Source of the DNA: Eledone cirrhosa
Lineage: Eukaryota
NCBI GenBank assembly: GCA_964016885.1
Contig: OZ024743.1
Location: 82,274,001 to 82,338,000 of the forward strand
Direction of reading: 5' to 3'
DNA: 64,000 bases
The translations under genes and the position numbers were made by a program. Positions within the stretch are counted from its first letter, which is position 1. Every line of letters starts with the position of its first letter. Under the pieces are notes generated by a model. It saw only the letters and a program-made list of their open reading frames with translations. It was not told the DNA's origin and did not search any database. Positions 42,084-56,034 of the stretch are shown here, in pieces.

Positions 42084-45000
42084 CTGTACTCTAGATAGCA
42101 CTCCAGTCCCCACCACTATACTATAGATACCACTCCAGTCTCCAACACTGTACTCTAGATACCACTCCAGTCCCCACCACTCCTGTACTATAGATACCAC
42201 TCCAGTCCCCACCACTCCTGTACTATAGATACCACTCCAGTCCCCACCACTATACTATAGATACCACTCCAGTCCCCACCACTATACTATAGATACCACT
42301 CCAGTCCCCACTACTGTACTATAGATACCACTCCAGTCCTCAGCACCGTACTATAGATACCATTCCAGTCCCCACCACTGCTATACTATAGATACCACTC
42401 CAGTCCCCACCACTACTATACTCTACACACCACTCGAGTCCCGACTACTATACTCTAGATACCACTCCAGTAACCACCACTACCGTACTATAGATACCAC
42501 TCCAGTCACCACCACTACTATACTCTAGATACCACTCCAGTAACCACCACTACTGTATTATAGATACCACTCCAGTCACCATCACTACTGTACTCTAGAT
42601 ACCACTCCAGTCCCCACCTCTACTATACTATAGATAGCACTCCAGTCACCATCACTACTGTACTATAGATACCACTCCAGTCCCCACCACTACTATACTC
42701 TAGATACCACTCCAGTCCCCATCACTACTGTACTCTAGATACCACTCCAGTCCCCACCTCTACTATACTATAGATAGCACTCCAGTCACCATCACTACTA
42801 TACTATAGATACCACTCCAGTCCCCACCATTACTCTACTCTAGATACCACTCCAGTCACCACTACTGTACTCTAGATACCACTCCAGTCTCCATCACTAC
42901 TTTACTATACATACCACTCCAGTCCCCACCACTACTCTACTCTAGATACCACTCCAGTCACCACTAGTGTACTGTAGATACCACTCCAGTCCCCACTACT
43001 ACTCTACTGTAGATAACACTCCAGTCACCACTACTGTACTAAAGATACCACTCCAGTCCCCACCACTACTATACTCTTGATACCACTCCAGTCACCACTA
43101 CTGTACTCTAGATAACACTCCAGACCCCACCACTACTCTACTCTAGATACCACTCCAGTCCCCACCACTACTGTACTATAGATACCACTCCAGTCCCCAC
43201 CACTACTCTACTCTAGATACCACTCCAGTCCCCACCACTACTGTACTATAGATACCACTCCAGTCACCACCACTACTGTACTATAGATACCACTCCAGTC
43301 CCCATCACTACTGTACTCTAGATACCACTCCAGTCCCCACCACTACTGTACTCTAGATACCACTCCAGTCACCCCTACTGTACTATAGACACCACTACAG
43401 TCCCACCACTGTACTATATATACCACTCCAGTCCCCACCACCACTATACTCTAGATACCACTCCAATCCCCACCACCACTATACTCTAGATACCACTCCA
43501 GTCCCCACCACTACTGTACTATAGATACCACTCCAGTCACCACCACTACTATACTATAGATACCACTCCAGTCACCACCACTACTATACTATAGATACCA
43601 CTCCAGTCACCATCACTACTGTACTCTAGATACCACTCCAGTCCCCACTACTGAACTCTAGATACCACTCCAGTCCCCATCACTATTGTACTATACATAC
43701 CACTCCAGTCCCCACCACTACTCTACTATAGATAACACTCCAGTCACCACTACTGTACTATAGACACCACTACAGTCCGACCACTGTACTAGAGATACCA
43801 CTCCAGTCCCCACTACTGAACTCTAGATACCACTCCAGTCCCCATCACTATTGTACTATACATACCACTCCAGTCCCCACCACTACTCTACTATAGATAC
43901 CACTCCAGTCACCACTACTGTACTATAGACACCACTACAGTCCCACCACTGTACTATAGATACCACTCCAGTCCCCACCACCACTATACTCTAGATACCA
44001 CTCCAGTCCCCACCACTGTACTCTTGATAGCACTCCAGTCACCGCCACTACTGTACTATAGATACCACTTCAGTCCCCACCACTATACTATAGATAACAC
44101 TCCAGTCACCACCACTACTGTATTCTAGATACCACTCCAGTCACCACTACTGTACTCTAGATACCACTCTAGTCCCCACCACTACTGTACTATAGATACC
44201 ACTTCGGTCCCCACCACTATACTATAGATAACACTCCAGTCACCACCACTACTGTATTCTAGATACCACTCCAGTCACCACTACTGTACTCTAGATACCA
44301 CTCTAGTCACCACCACTACTGTACTATAGATACCACTCCAGTCCCCACCACTACTGTACTATAGATACCACTCCAGTCCTCACCACTACTGTACTATAGA
44401 TACCACTCCAGTCCCCACCACTACTGTACTCTAGATACCACTCCAGTCCCCATCACTATACTATAGATACCACTCCAGTCCCCACCACTACTGTACTCTA
44501 AATACCACTCCAGTCCCCACCACTGTACTATAGATACCACTCCAGTCCTCACCACTACTGTACTATAGATAGCACTCCAGTCCCCACCACTGTAGTATAG
44601 ATACCACTCCAGTCCCCACCACTGTACTATAGATACCACTCCAGTCCTCACCACTACTGTACTATAGATAGCACTCCAGTCCCCACCACTGTACTATAGA
44701 TACCACTCCAGTCCCCACCACTGTACTATAGATACCACTCCAGTCACCACCACTACTGTAATATAGATACCACTCCAGTCCCCACCACTGTACTATAGAT
44801 ACCACTCCAGTCCCCACCACTGTACTATAGATAGCACTCCAGTCCCCACCACTGTACTATAGATACCACTCCAGTCCCCACCACTGTACTATAGATAGCA
44901 CTCCAGTCCTCACCACTACTGTACTATAGATACCACTCCAGTCCCCACCACTGTACTATAGATATATTTCTTTTATTTGCCACTAGGGCATCAAAAGTGG

Positions 45001-46975
45001 GACAAGTACCACCACTACTGTACTCTAGATACCACTCCAGTCACCAATACTGTACTATAGATACCACTCCCGTCACCACCACTACAGTACTATAGATACC
45101 ACTCCAGTCTCCACCACTACTGTACTCTAGATACCACTCCACTCCCCACCACCACTATACTCTAGATACCACTCCAGTCCCCACCACTTCTCTACTATAG
45201 ATACCACTCCAGTCCCCACCACTGTACTATAGATACCACTTCAGTCCCCACCACTACAGTACTCTAGATACCACTCCAGTTCCCACCACTAGTATACTCT
45301 AGATAACACTCCAGTCATCACTACTGTACTATAGATACCACTCCAGTCCCCACCATTGTAGACTAGATACCACTCCAGTCCTCACCACTGTACTATAGAT
45401 ACCACTCCAGTCCCCACCACTATACTCTAGATACCACTCCAGTCTCCACCACCACTATACTATAGATACCACTCCAGTCCCCACAACTGTACTCTATATA
45501 CCACTCCAGTCCCCTCCACTGTACTATAGATACCACTCCAGTCCCCACCACTACTGTACTCTAGATACCACTCCACTCCCCACCACCACTATACTCTAGA
45601 TACCACTCCAGTCCCCACCACTTCTCTACTATAGATACCACTCCAGTCCCCACCACTGTACTATAGATACCACTTCAGTCCCCACCACTACAGTACTCTA
45701 GATACCACTCCAGTTCCCACCACTAGTATACTCTAGATAACACTCCAGTCATCACTACTGTACTATAGATACCACTCCAGTCCCCACCATTGTAGACTAG
45801 ATACCACTCCAGTCCTCACCACTATACTATAGATACCACTCCAGTCCCCACCACTATACTCTAGATACCACTCCAGTCTCCACCACCACTATACTATAGA
45901 CACCACTCCAGTCCCCACAACTGTACTCTATATACCACTCCAGTCCCCTCCACTGTACTATAGATACCACTCCAGTCCCCACCACTACTGTACTCTAGAT
46001 ACCACTCCACTCCCCACCACCACTATACTCTAGATACCACTCCAGTCCCCACCACTTCTCTACTATAGATACCACTCCAGTCCCCACCACTGTACTATAG
46101 ATACCACTTCAGTCCCCACCACTACAGTACTCTAGATACCACTCCAGTCACCACCACTAGTATACTCTAGATAACACTCCAGTCATCACTACTGTACTAT
46201 AGATACCACTCCAGTCCCCACCATTGTAGACTAGATACCACTCCAGTCCTCACCACTATACTATAGATACCACTCCAGTCCCCACCACTATACTCTAGAT
46301 ACCATTCCAGTCTCCACCACCACTATACTATAGATACCACTCCAGTCCCCACAACTGTACTCTAGATACCACTCAAGTCTTCTCCACTGTACTATAGATA
46401 CCACTCCAGTCCCCACCTCCGTACTATAGATACCACTCCAGTCCCCACCACTGTACTATGGATGCCACTCCTGTCCCCACCACTACTATACTCTAGATAA
46501 CACTGCAGTCATCACTACTGTACTATAGATACCACCCTAGTCCCGACCACTACTGTACTATAGATACCACTCCAGTCCCCACCACTACTATACTCTAGAT
46601 AACACTGCAGTCATCACTACTGTACTATAGATACCACTCCAGTCCCCACCACTACTATACTCTAGATAACACTGCAGTCATCACTACTGTACTATAGATA
46701 CCACCCTAGTCCCGACCACTACTGTACTATAGATACCACTCCTGTCCCCACCACTACTATACTCTAGATAACACTGCAGTCATCACTACTGTACTATAGA
46801 TACCACCCTAGTTCCGACCACTACTGTACTATAGATACCACTCCTGTCCCCACCACTACTATACTCCAGATAACACTCCAGTCATCACTACTGTACTCTA
46901 GATACCACTCCAGTCCCGACCACTACTGTACTATAGATACCAGTCCAGTCCCCACCACTGTACTCTCGATAGCTC
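42084..46975. repeat. 32/35-bp satellite, ~145 copies
   Basis: Unit CTATAGATACCACTCCAGTCCCCACCACT(ACT)GTA. Confidence 0.97.
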
Positions 46976-47177
46976 CACTATCACAGCTATCAACAACACC
47001 ATAGAAAGGGTATAACTTTATATAATAACTTACAATAGCTCCTATGTTATATATTAAGGAGACATCACAGCTCTCTGATATGTTTGTGAAGCCACCACCT
47101 AATATATGGAGAACTAATCCAGCTAGATGAAACACAAAATTAATTTCACTAAAAATAAAATGTAATAAAAAGGTGTA

Positions 47178-47310
47178 TGTGAAGGCTCCTGATTTATTGG
47201 TTAGTATATTTCGCTCACGATCACAAGATCGGGAGTTCCATTCCCAGTGGTGGGTTCTGTCCTTCAGCAAGGCACTCTATTTTATGTTGTTCCAGTCTAC
47301 ACAGCAGAAA
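47178..47310 (+). mobile_element. Family B SINE, decayed
   Basis: GAGTTCCATTCCC..GTCCTTCAGCAAGGCACTCTATTTTATGTTGTTCCAGTCTACACAGC. Confidence 0.6.
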
Positions 47311-47669
47311 AAATTGCTACACGTGTCTAAATGTATAAATACAGATACTGACCAACTATATCTGACATTCATTGATATCAAACGAATGAAACAGTTTCAA
47401 ATCTTGTAGAAATCATTTCTATAATATTAGTGTATTGGGCAAAGATCTGGGTCTCAACGTGGCCAACGAAAAGGTTGCCATAGTTGGGCCCCGTGTTGAT
47501 GCCCATGACTACCCCAGGGACTTGCTAGTAAAATTCACCCGAGAAGGAGAAGCAGTTAAAGGTTATTATGCATAGAAAAGTGTCGAGTTAAAATATAACC
47601 TGTTATGAGCGGAAGAATGGTCAGAGAAGAAAGGGGAGAATGAAAGAGAGTCTAAAATATATGATGGAA

Positions 47670-47680
47670 AATGAGAGAGG

Positions 47681-47716
<36 letters not shown>

Positions 47717-50700
47717 AGGAAATGAGAGGTAGAGAGAGAGAGAGGGAATGAGAGGTATAGAGAGAGAGAGAAGAGGGAATGAGAGAGTTATATATATATA
47801 GAGAGAGAAGCGGGAATGAGAGATGTATAGAGAGAGAGAGAGAAGAGGGAATGAGAGAGGTATAGAGAGAGGAGTGGGAATGAGAGAGGTATAGAGAGAG
47901 ATAAGAGGGAATGAGAGAGGTATAGAGAGCGAGAAGAGGGAATGAGAGAGGTATAGAGAGAGAGAAGAGGGAATGAGAGAGGTATAGAGAGAGAGAAGAG
48001 GGAATGAGAGAGGTATAGAGAGAGAAGTGGGAATGAGAGAGGTATAGAGAGAAGAGGGGATGAGAGAGGTATAGAGAGAGAGAAGAGGGAATGAGAGAGG
48101 TATAGAGAGAGAAGTGGGAATGAGAGAGGTATAGAGAGAGAAGAGGGGATAAGAGAGGTATAGGGAGTGAGAAGAGGGGATGAGAGAGGTATAGAGAGAG
48201 AGAAGAGGGAATGAGAGAGGTATAGAGAGAGAGAAGAGGGAATGAGAGAGGTATAGAGAGAGAAGTAGGAATAAGAGAGGTATAGAGAGAGAAGAGGGGA
48301 TGAGAGAGGTATAGAGAGAGAGAAGTGGGAATGAGAGAGAGAGAGAGAGAGAGAAGTGGGAATGAGAGAAGTATAGAGAGAGATAAGAGAGGATGAGAGA
48401 GGTATAGAGAGAGAGAAGTGGGAATGAGAGAGGTATAGAGAGAGAGAAGAGGGAATGAGAGAGGTATAGAGAGAGAGAAGTGGGAATGAGAGAGGTATAG
48501 AGAGAGAGAAGTGGGAATGAGAGAGGTATAGAGAGAGAAGAGGGAATGAGAGAGGTATAGAGAGAGAAGAGGGAATGAGAGAGGTATAGAGAGAGAAAGA
48601 AGTGGGAATGAGAGAGGTATAGAGAGAGAAGAGGGAATGGGAGAGGTATAGAGAGAGAGAAGAGGGAATGAGAGAGGTATAGAGAGAGAAGTGGGAATGA
48701 GAGAGGTATAGAGAGAGAAGAGGGAATGAGAGAGGTATAGAGAGAGAAGAGGGAATGAGAGAGGTATAGAGAGAGAAGTGGGAATGAGAGAGGTATAGAG
48801 AGAGAGAAGTGGGAATGAGAGAGGTATATAGAGAGAGAAGTGGGAATGAGAGAGGTATAGAGAGAGAAGAGGGAATGAGAGAGGTATAGAGAGAGAAGAG
48901 GGAATGAGAGAGGTATAGAGAGAGAAGAGGGAATGAGAGAGGTATAGAGAGAGAAGTGGGAATGAGAGAGGTATAGAGAGAGAGAAGTGGGAATGAGAGA
49001 GGTATAGAGAGAGAGAAGTGGGATGAGAGAGGTATAGAGAGAGAGAAGTGGGAATGAGAGAGGTATAGAGAGAGAAGAGGGAATGAGAGAGTTTAGAGAG
49101 AGAAGAGGGAATGAGAGAGGTATAGAGAGAGAAGAGGGAATGAGAGGTATAGAGAGAGAAGAGGGAATGAGAGAGGTATAGAGAGAGAAGTGGGAATGAG
49201 AGAGGTATAGAGAGAGAGAAGTGGGATGAGAGAGGTATAGAGAGAGAGAAGTGGGAATGAGAGAGGTATAGAGAGGAGAGGGAATGAGAGAGGTATAGAG
49301 AGAGAGAAGAGGGAATGAGAGAGGTATAGAGAGAGAAGTGGGAATGAGAGGTATAGAGAGAGAAGGGGAATGAGAGAGGTATAGAGATAGAAGAGGGAAT
49401 GAGAGAGGTATAGAGAGAGAAGTGGGAATGAGAGAGGTTTAGAGAGAGAAGTGGGAATGAGAGAGGTATAGAGAGAGATGAGGGGATGAGAGAGGTATAG
49501 AGAGAGAGAGAGAGAAGAGGGGATGAGAGAGGTATAGAGAGAGAGAAGAGGAATGAGAGAGGTATAGAGAGAGAAGAGGGAATGAGAGAGGTATAGAGAG
49601 AAGTGGGAATGAGAGAGGTATAGAGAGAGAGAAGTGGGAATGAGAGAGGTATAGAGAGAGAGAAGTGGGAATGAGAGAGGTATAGAGAGAGAAGAGGGAT
49701 GTGAGAGGTATAGTGAGAGAGAGAGGAATGAGAGAGGTATAGAGAGAGAAGTGGGAATGAGAGAGTATAGAGAGAGAAGAGGGAAGAGAGAGGTATAGGA
49801 TAGAAGAGGGAATGAGAGAGGTATAGAGAGAGAAGTGGGAATGAGAGAGGTATAGAGAGAGAAGTGGGAATGAGAGAGGTATAGAGAGAGATGAGGGGAT
49901 GAGAGAGGTTATAGATGAGTAGAGAGAAGAGGGGATGGAGAGGTATAGAGAGAGAAGGGGATAAGAGAGGTATAGGGAGTGAGAAGAGGGGATGAGAGAG
50001 GTATAGAGAGAGAGAAGAGGGAATGGAGAGGTATAGAGAGAGAGAAGAGGGAATGAGTGGGTATTGTGGAGAGTTGGATAGGGTATAGAGAGAGAAGAGG
50101 GGATGAGAGAGGTATAGAGAGAGAGAAGTGGGAATGAGAGAGGTATAGAGAGAGAGAAGTGGGATGAGAGGATGAGAGAGGTATAGAGAGAGAGAAGTGG
50201 GAATGAGAGAGGGTATAGAGAGAGAAGAGGGAATGAGAGAGGAATAGAGAGAGAATTATAGAGAGAGAAGAGAAGTGGATGAGAGAGGTATAGAGAGAGA
50301 GAAGTGGGAATGAGAGAGGTATAGAGAGAGGAAGAGGGAATGAGAGAGGTATAGAGAGAGAGAAGAGGAATGAGAGAGGTATAGAGAGAGAGAAGTGGGA
50401 ATGAGAGAGGTATAGAGAGAGAGAGAGGGAATGAGAGAGGTATAGAGAGAGAGAAGAGGGAATGAGAGAGGTATAGAGAGAGAGAAGTGGGAATGAGAGA
50501 GGTATAGAGAGAGAGAAGTGGGAATGAGAGAGGTATGAGAGAGAGAAGAGGGAATGAGAGAGGTATAGAGAGAGAAGTGGGAATGAGAGAGGTATAGAGA
50601 GAGAGAGTGGAATGAGAGAGGTATAGAGAGAGAGAAGTGGGAATGAGAGAGGTATAGAGAGAGAAGAGGGAATGAGAGAGGTATAGAGAGAGAAGAGGGA

Positions 50701-51639
50701 ATGAGAGAGGTATAGAGAGAGAAGAGGGAATGAGAGAGGTATAGAGAGAGAGAAGTGGGAATGAGAGAGGTATAGAGAGAGAAGAGGGAATGAGAGAGGT
50801 ATAGAGAGAGAGAAGAGGGAATGAGAGAGGTATAGAGAGAGAAGTGGGAATGAGAGAGGTATAGAGAGAGAAGAGGGAATGAGAGAGGTATAGAGATAGA
50901 AGAGGGAATGAGAGAGGTATAGAGAGAGAAGTGGGAATGAGAGAGGTATAGAGAGAGAAGTGGGAATGAGAGAGGTATAGAGAGAGATGAGGGGATGAGA
51001 GAGGTATAGAGAGAGAGAGAGAAGAGGGGATGAGAGAGGTATAGAGAGAGAGAAGAGGGAATGAGAGAGGTATAGAGAGAGAAGAGGGAATGAGGGAGGT
51101 ATAGAGAGAGAAGTGGGAATGAGAGAGGTAGAGAGAGAGAGAAGTGGGAATGAGAGAGGTATAGAGAGAGAGAAGTGGGAATGAGAGAGGTATAGAGAGA
51201 GAAGAGGGAATGAGAGAGGTATAGAGAGAGAGAAGAGGGAATGAGAGAGGTATAGAGAGAGAAGTGGAAATGAGAGAGGTATAGAGATAGAAGAGGGAAT
51301 GAGAGAGGTATAGAGAGAGAAGTGGGAATGAGAGAGGTATAGAGAGAGAAGTGGGAATGAGAGAGGTATAGAGAGAGATGAGGGGATGAGAGAGGTATAG
51401 AGAGAGAGAGAGAAGAGGGGATGAGAGAGGTATAGAGAGAGAGAAGAGGGAATGAGAGAGGTATAGAGAGAGAAGTGGGAATGAGAGAGGTATAGAGAGA
51501 GAGAAGAGGGAATGAGAGAGGTATAGAGAGAGAGAAGAGGGAATGAGAGAGGTATAGAGAGAGAAGTGGGAATGAGAGAGGTATAGAGAGAGAGAAGTGG
51601 GAATGAGAGAGGTATAGAGAGAGAGAAGTGGGAATGAGA
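47670..51639. repeat. Polypurine 29-31-bp minisatellite, ~130 copies
   Basis: Unit GAATGAGAGAGGTATAG(AG)nAAGWGG; essentially no C on the plus strand. Confidence 0.97.
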
Positions 51640-51766
51640 ACGATGGAAAACATTTTTTTTAGAATTGTTTTCTATTTTAAACGATTCGTTAATGTGTTGA
51701 ACCCACAACGTCTATATAGAACACAGAATATATGGGGGGGGGGGGTAACATTATGAAAGGTTGTCA

Positions 51767-51956
51767 CGGCGGTGGATTGGCAGTATTGGTAGAGGGTCGG
51801 ACGCCATGCTTTCCAGCATAGATACGTCCCTTTATGGTCTGAGTTCAAATCCTGTCGAGGTCAACTTTACCATTCATCCTTACGGGGTCGATAAAATAAA
51901 GTACGAGTAATACACTGTGTAATTGCTGGCCTTGTGCCAAATGTAGAAACAATTAT
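51767..51956 (+). mobile_element. Near full-length family A tRNA-derived SINE
   Basis: A box TGGCAGTATTGG, B box GTTCAAATCC, body TTCATCCTTACGGGGTCGATAAAATAAAGTAC; flanked by direct repeat ATTATGAAAGGTTGTCACG at ~51750 and ~51952 (TSD). Confidence 0.88.
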
Positions 51957-52212
51957 GAAAGGTTGTCACGTCCTTTCCTTCCAATGTTCTGCCTCTCTGG
52001 TGTACAAAACCTGTAGTGGATGTCGCATCAACGTCCCAATGGAGACAATTGCAAAGGCGTTACCCGGGTAGGATAGCGAATAAGATACAATGAAAGGGAA
52101 TCGTTCTCACTAGTGGGACTCATTCTTCTGGGTGGCCAACTCTGTCCTGATAGCAATGGGTAGGAGGTGGTATATATACATATATATATATATACACACA
52201 CACACAGGTATA

Positions 52213-52270
<58 letters not shown>

Positions 52271-52376
52271 GAAGTGCGCTAGCAGTCGAAGTGTACGATA
52301 AAGTTATATCTGTATATAAAGAGAAAGTAAAGGAGACTGCACCGACGTGTACACACACACCAACACAAATTACATC

Positions 52377-52407
<31 letters not shown>

Positions 52408-52411
<4 letters not shown>

Positions 52412-52596
52412 AAGTATGTCCCTGACGGCAGAGGTCAAGCCGTTTCCACGGCTATTTCTGAGTCCAGACATAGCCGTCGAATCGGCTTGAGCTCTGCCGT
52501 CGGGGTCATACTTTTTTCCTATACCAACTCTACTACCCTAAGTTTTGAGTACTCTGGTGCGTTATGGTCCATCTGGTTCCATACTCCAACTCCTTC

Positions 52597-52600
<4 letters not shown>
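52408..52600 (+). mobile_element. Second copy of the fold-back mini-element at 6748
   Basis: Imperfect hairpin 52408-52518 with a longer inner stem; tail CCAACTCTACTACCCTAAGT..GAGTACTCTGGTG..CTCCTTCGTT; in (TA)n. Confidence 0.8.
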
Positions 52601-52654
<54 letters not shown>

Positions 52655-52659
52655 TTTTG

Positions 52660-53823
52660 CCAGGTTTTTTATATGAAATCGTGTGTCGAAACAAATATTG
52701 TTATACTTGGGGAGGGTCATATTGTTGTAATAATATTGCCAGAATTAATAACAGAACACACTCACTGTTTGGTTGGTTTTCGCTTCTGTGTCTTTTATAT
52801 CGGTTAATTTAATTTATTCGGTCCTCAATGTTACCATTGACTGTCCAACGGTAAAAAATACAGATATAATATAGACACAAACACATATATATAGTCTAAC
52901 AAAGTTCTTTCGTTGCACATCTGCAACAACGTCAGTGGTGCTATTATGTTTCCTCCTGTTGTATTGTATGCCTACGCCATCTTTATTTAGTCTGTTTATT
53001 TTTATTTTTTTTTGTCTTCTCTGCGCATGCGTTTGCGTGTGTGTATAGTGTTTGGTGTGTGTTCGTGTTTTGGTGACTGTGTATTGGTTATTGTATTCTA
53101 TCTTAGTTTACTAGTGTGTGTTTATATGTGTTTGTTGTTATTGTGCTTGTGTATATTATTTATTTATTTATTTATACTTCTCTTAGGTCAGTATTGTTTG
53201 TTTGGGTGTTGTTGTTATTCCATTCATTTTTTCTGTTTCGCCTTGGCCTTCTAAGTTCTATTTCGCTGGCCTCTCTGATTTGCCTATCTGCTGGGTCATT
53301 TCTATGTTTAGATATTATTCTAATTTCTATGTTGTCTATGTTACCGTCGTATTGTTGTCTGGCATGTTCGTATAGTACTGAACCGTTTTTTCGTCCTTTT
53401 AGTTCCCCCCCCCCCCCCCCCCCCCCCCCAGTGTTGGTCTATCCTTTCACCTATGCTTAATCTTTAAGATTAAGGTGGTAGAAAAGCCAGGAACCACCAT
53501 AAAATCCCTGATCAGCAAAACCTACCCCTTTAAGAAAACCCACTGTACTAATAGGAAATGTATTATATGTAAAGTAAACCCCCGGATAAACTGTAAAACT
53601 AGAAACGTAGTCTATAGCATAAGATGTACAGAGGGTACTTGCAGAAACATGACAACAACATACATAGGCGAGACAGCTCATAGCATAGGTGAAAGGATAG
53701 ACCAACACTGGGGGTAACTAAAAGGACGAAAAAACGGGTCAGTACTATACGAACATGCCAGACAACAACACGACGGTAACATAGACAACATAGAAATTAG
53801 AATAATATCTAAACATAGAAATG
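52660..53823. mobile_element. Penelope-like element fragment with inverted duplication (second PLE family)
   Basis: 53297-53457 is the reverse complement of 53682-53823; minus arm continues into the GIY-YIG end (DPADRQIREASEI..NRKNEW) and the 3' UTR. Confidence 0.82.
53458..53823 (+). pseudogene. PLE GIY-YIG endonuclease remnant
   Basis: KVVEKPGTTIKSLI..CTNRKCIIC..CKTRNVVYSIRC..TYIGETAHSIGERIDQH, stop at 53715, then SVLYEHARQQH. Confidence 0.85.
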
Positions 53824-53841
53824 GTGGTGGTGGTGATGGTA

Positions 53842-53893
<52 letters not shown>

Positions 53894-54093
53894 GGCGACG
53901 GTGGTGGTGGTGGTATAGTAGTAATAGCTGTGTTGGTAGTAGTAGTAGTAGTAGTAGAAGTTGTAGTGGTGGTGGCGATGGTGGTGGTGGCGGTGATGGT
54001 ATAGTAGTAATAGTGGTGGTGGTAGTAGTAGTAGTAGTGGTAGTGGTAGTGGTGGTGGTGGTGGTGGCGGTGGTGGTGGTGGTATAGTAGTAA

Positions 54094-54136
<43 letters not shown>

Positions 54137-54182
54137 GGTGGTGGTGGTGGTGGTGGCGGCGGCGGTGGTGGTATAGTAGTAA

Positions 54183-54244
<62 letters not shown>
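53823..54244. repeat. (GGT)n/(AGT)n compound microsatellite
   Basis: Direct reading. Confidence 0.95.
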
Positions 54245-54492
54245 AATAGTTCGATTCTTCGATCTGTATATTATGAGACATAAGAAGAAGTTATTGTTCA
54301 GCTATTGATCTGTGTAGGTTATAAGACCTCAAGTGATATCCAAGTGGAAACCTCGATAACTTTGGTAATTAAATTCCTTCTCCCAGTGGATGTCGCATCA
54401 CTGACAGTTCTTCAATGTCTTCCATTTAACATTAATACAATCTTCATTTCTGCCGATATTGCTATATAGTTTTGAGGCAATAGTAGACTTGT

Positions 54493-54635
54493 GAAGACGC
54501 ATGGCTTAGTGGTTAGAACATTGGGCTTGCAATCGAAAGGTTGTGAGTTCAATTCTCAGACCGGATGATGTGTTGTTTCCTTGAGCAAGACACTTAATTT
54601 CTCGTTGCTCCAGTTTACTCAGCTGTAGAAAAGAG
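54493..54635 (+). mobile_element. Family B tRNA-derived SINE (CORE-like)
   Basis: A box TGGCTTAGTGG, B box GTTCAATTC, TCCTTGAGCAAGACACTTAATTTC..CTCCAGTTTACTCAGCTG. Confidence 0.75.
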
Positions 54636-55359
54636 ATGATAGGACTGGGGTTCCTCCTATCATTAAATTACCCAAGACATCTCCAACAAGATATACCTTG
54701 GAGGAGGCCAGCTAAACCTGGATAGGTGTGAGCTGTCACACACACAATAGTAGACTGGAATAGTAGGCTGAGCGCCAGATACAATATAGTTGGTAGTCAG
54801 ATACAATTCTATACGATCTGAGTTCGAGTCACGCTGAGATCAAGTGGGATTATGATTTCTTCTTATGTCACAATCACAACAAATTGGCAGAATTGGTAAA
54901 GCGCCTAACAAAATATATTTTGTGTTTGAAACCATTACCTTCCGAGGTTGAATCCTGCCGAGGGTTAAAGGAATGTTCATTTCTTCCGAGGATTTCTTAG
55001 ATTTCTTTAAATCTACAGCAATGGGGATAGATTTGGAAGGTGCGTGGCCTATAGTTAGAGTCTAGTGTGGAAGGGAGTCTTGTCATTCACTTAACATTCA
55101 TCATTTGTGCGAAAGTTACAGCTTTATAATAATTTATGTGGTCATGTCACAGATTTAGACATCTCCAAAAAGCTCTTTGTAATTTTATTGAAGTTTGCAA
55201 AATCTTTTGAGCCACGCGAGTTGAGTAACAGAGAACAGGAAAACGGGATAAGCTCCGGGCCTCGCCTAACTCGCGCAAGCTTGGAAAAACGGACAAAAGG
55301 CGATAACTTTAACCCATTCAAATTCATTAACAGACGACTTTCTGTCAATTTAATGACTA

Positions 55360-56034
55360 TTAATCTTTTTGATACCAAACTGCCCCTTGTTTTAGGGTGT
55401 ATAGTTGTATATTTTTGATACCAAACTAGAACTGCCCCTTGTTTTAGGGTGTATAGTTGTATATTTTTGATACCAAACTAGAACTGCCCCTTGTTTTAGA
55501 GTGTATAGTTGTATATTTTTGTTTGCAGATTTTCATATTGATGCAGACCTGTTTTTTCATATCTATTCTGGCATTCTTGGTTGTTTTATATTTTGTTATA
55601 TACGTGTATGTTATTTTATTCCCCAGACAATTTCCTCTAAAGCACCCGCCAGAAACTGTCTTCGATACTATGATACACAGCTGATTATTCTAAAGTGTTT
55701 ATATTTATCTAAAATCTTTCCATTATAATTTTATGCAAGAACATTTATGTTCCAACTTCTAGTTGATAAGAAAATTATTTTATAAAACTGCTTCAAATTC
55801 AAAAATTAATTGAAAACCATAGGCAGTGTCTTTTATCAGAAATATGGCAATAAAAGGGTTAAATGTTTATATTTATCTAAAAAGATTCTATCAAAATTTT
55901 GTGCAAGAACATTTGTTATGTTCCAAAAACCAGCTTAACGTGAAAAGTTAGTTTACAAAATTTTTCCAAGTTTAAAATGATTTGAAAAAAATAGGCAGAG
56001 TCTTCCATAACAATTATGGTAAAGAAAGGGTTAA
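55360..56034. mobile_element. Decayed TTAA-flanked MITE-like elements (piggyBac-type ends) with local duplications
   Basis: AAAGGGTTAA ends at ~55862 and ~56033; 55863-56034 repeats 55695-55862; three copies of a 41-46-bp unit at 55366-55520. Confidence 0.45.

Noticed and set aside
49909-51708. 599-aa and 465-aa Ser/Leu-rich ORFs
   Set aside because: The pyrimidine strand of the GA satellite lacks stops by composition
53745-54281. Poly-L/H/Y/T ORF
   Set aside because: Trinucleotide microsatellite
54493-54565. tRNA gene
   Set aside because: A/B boxes continue into a SINE body and no clean cloverleaf forms; the same holds for 10300 and 51767
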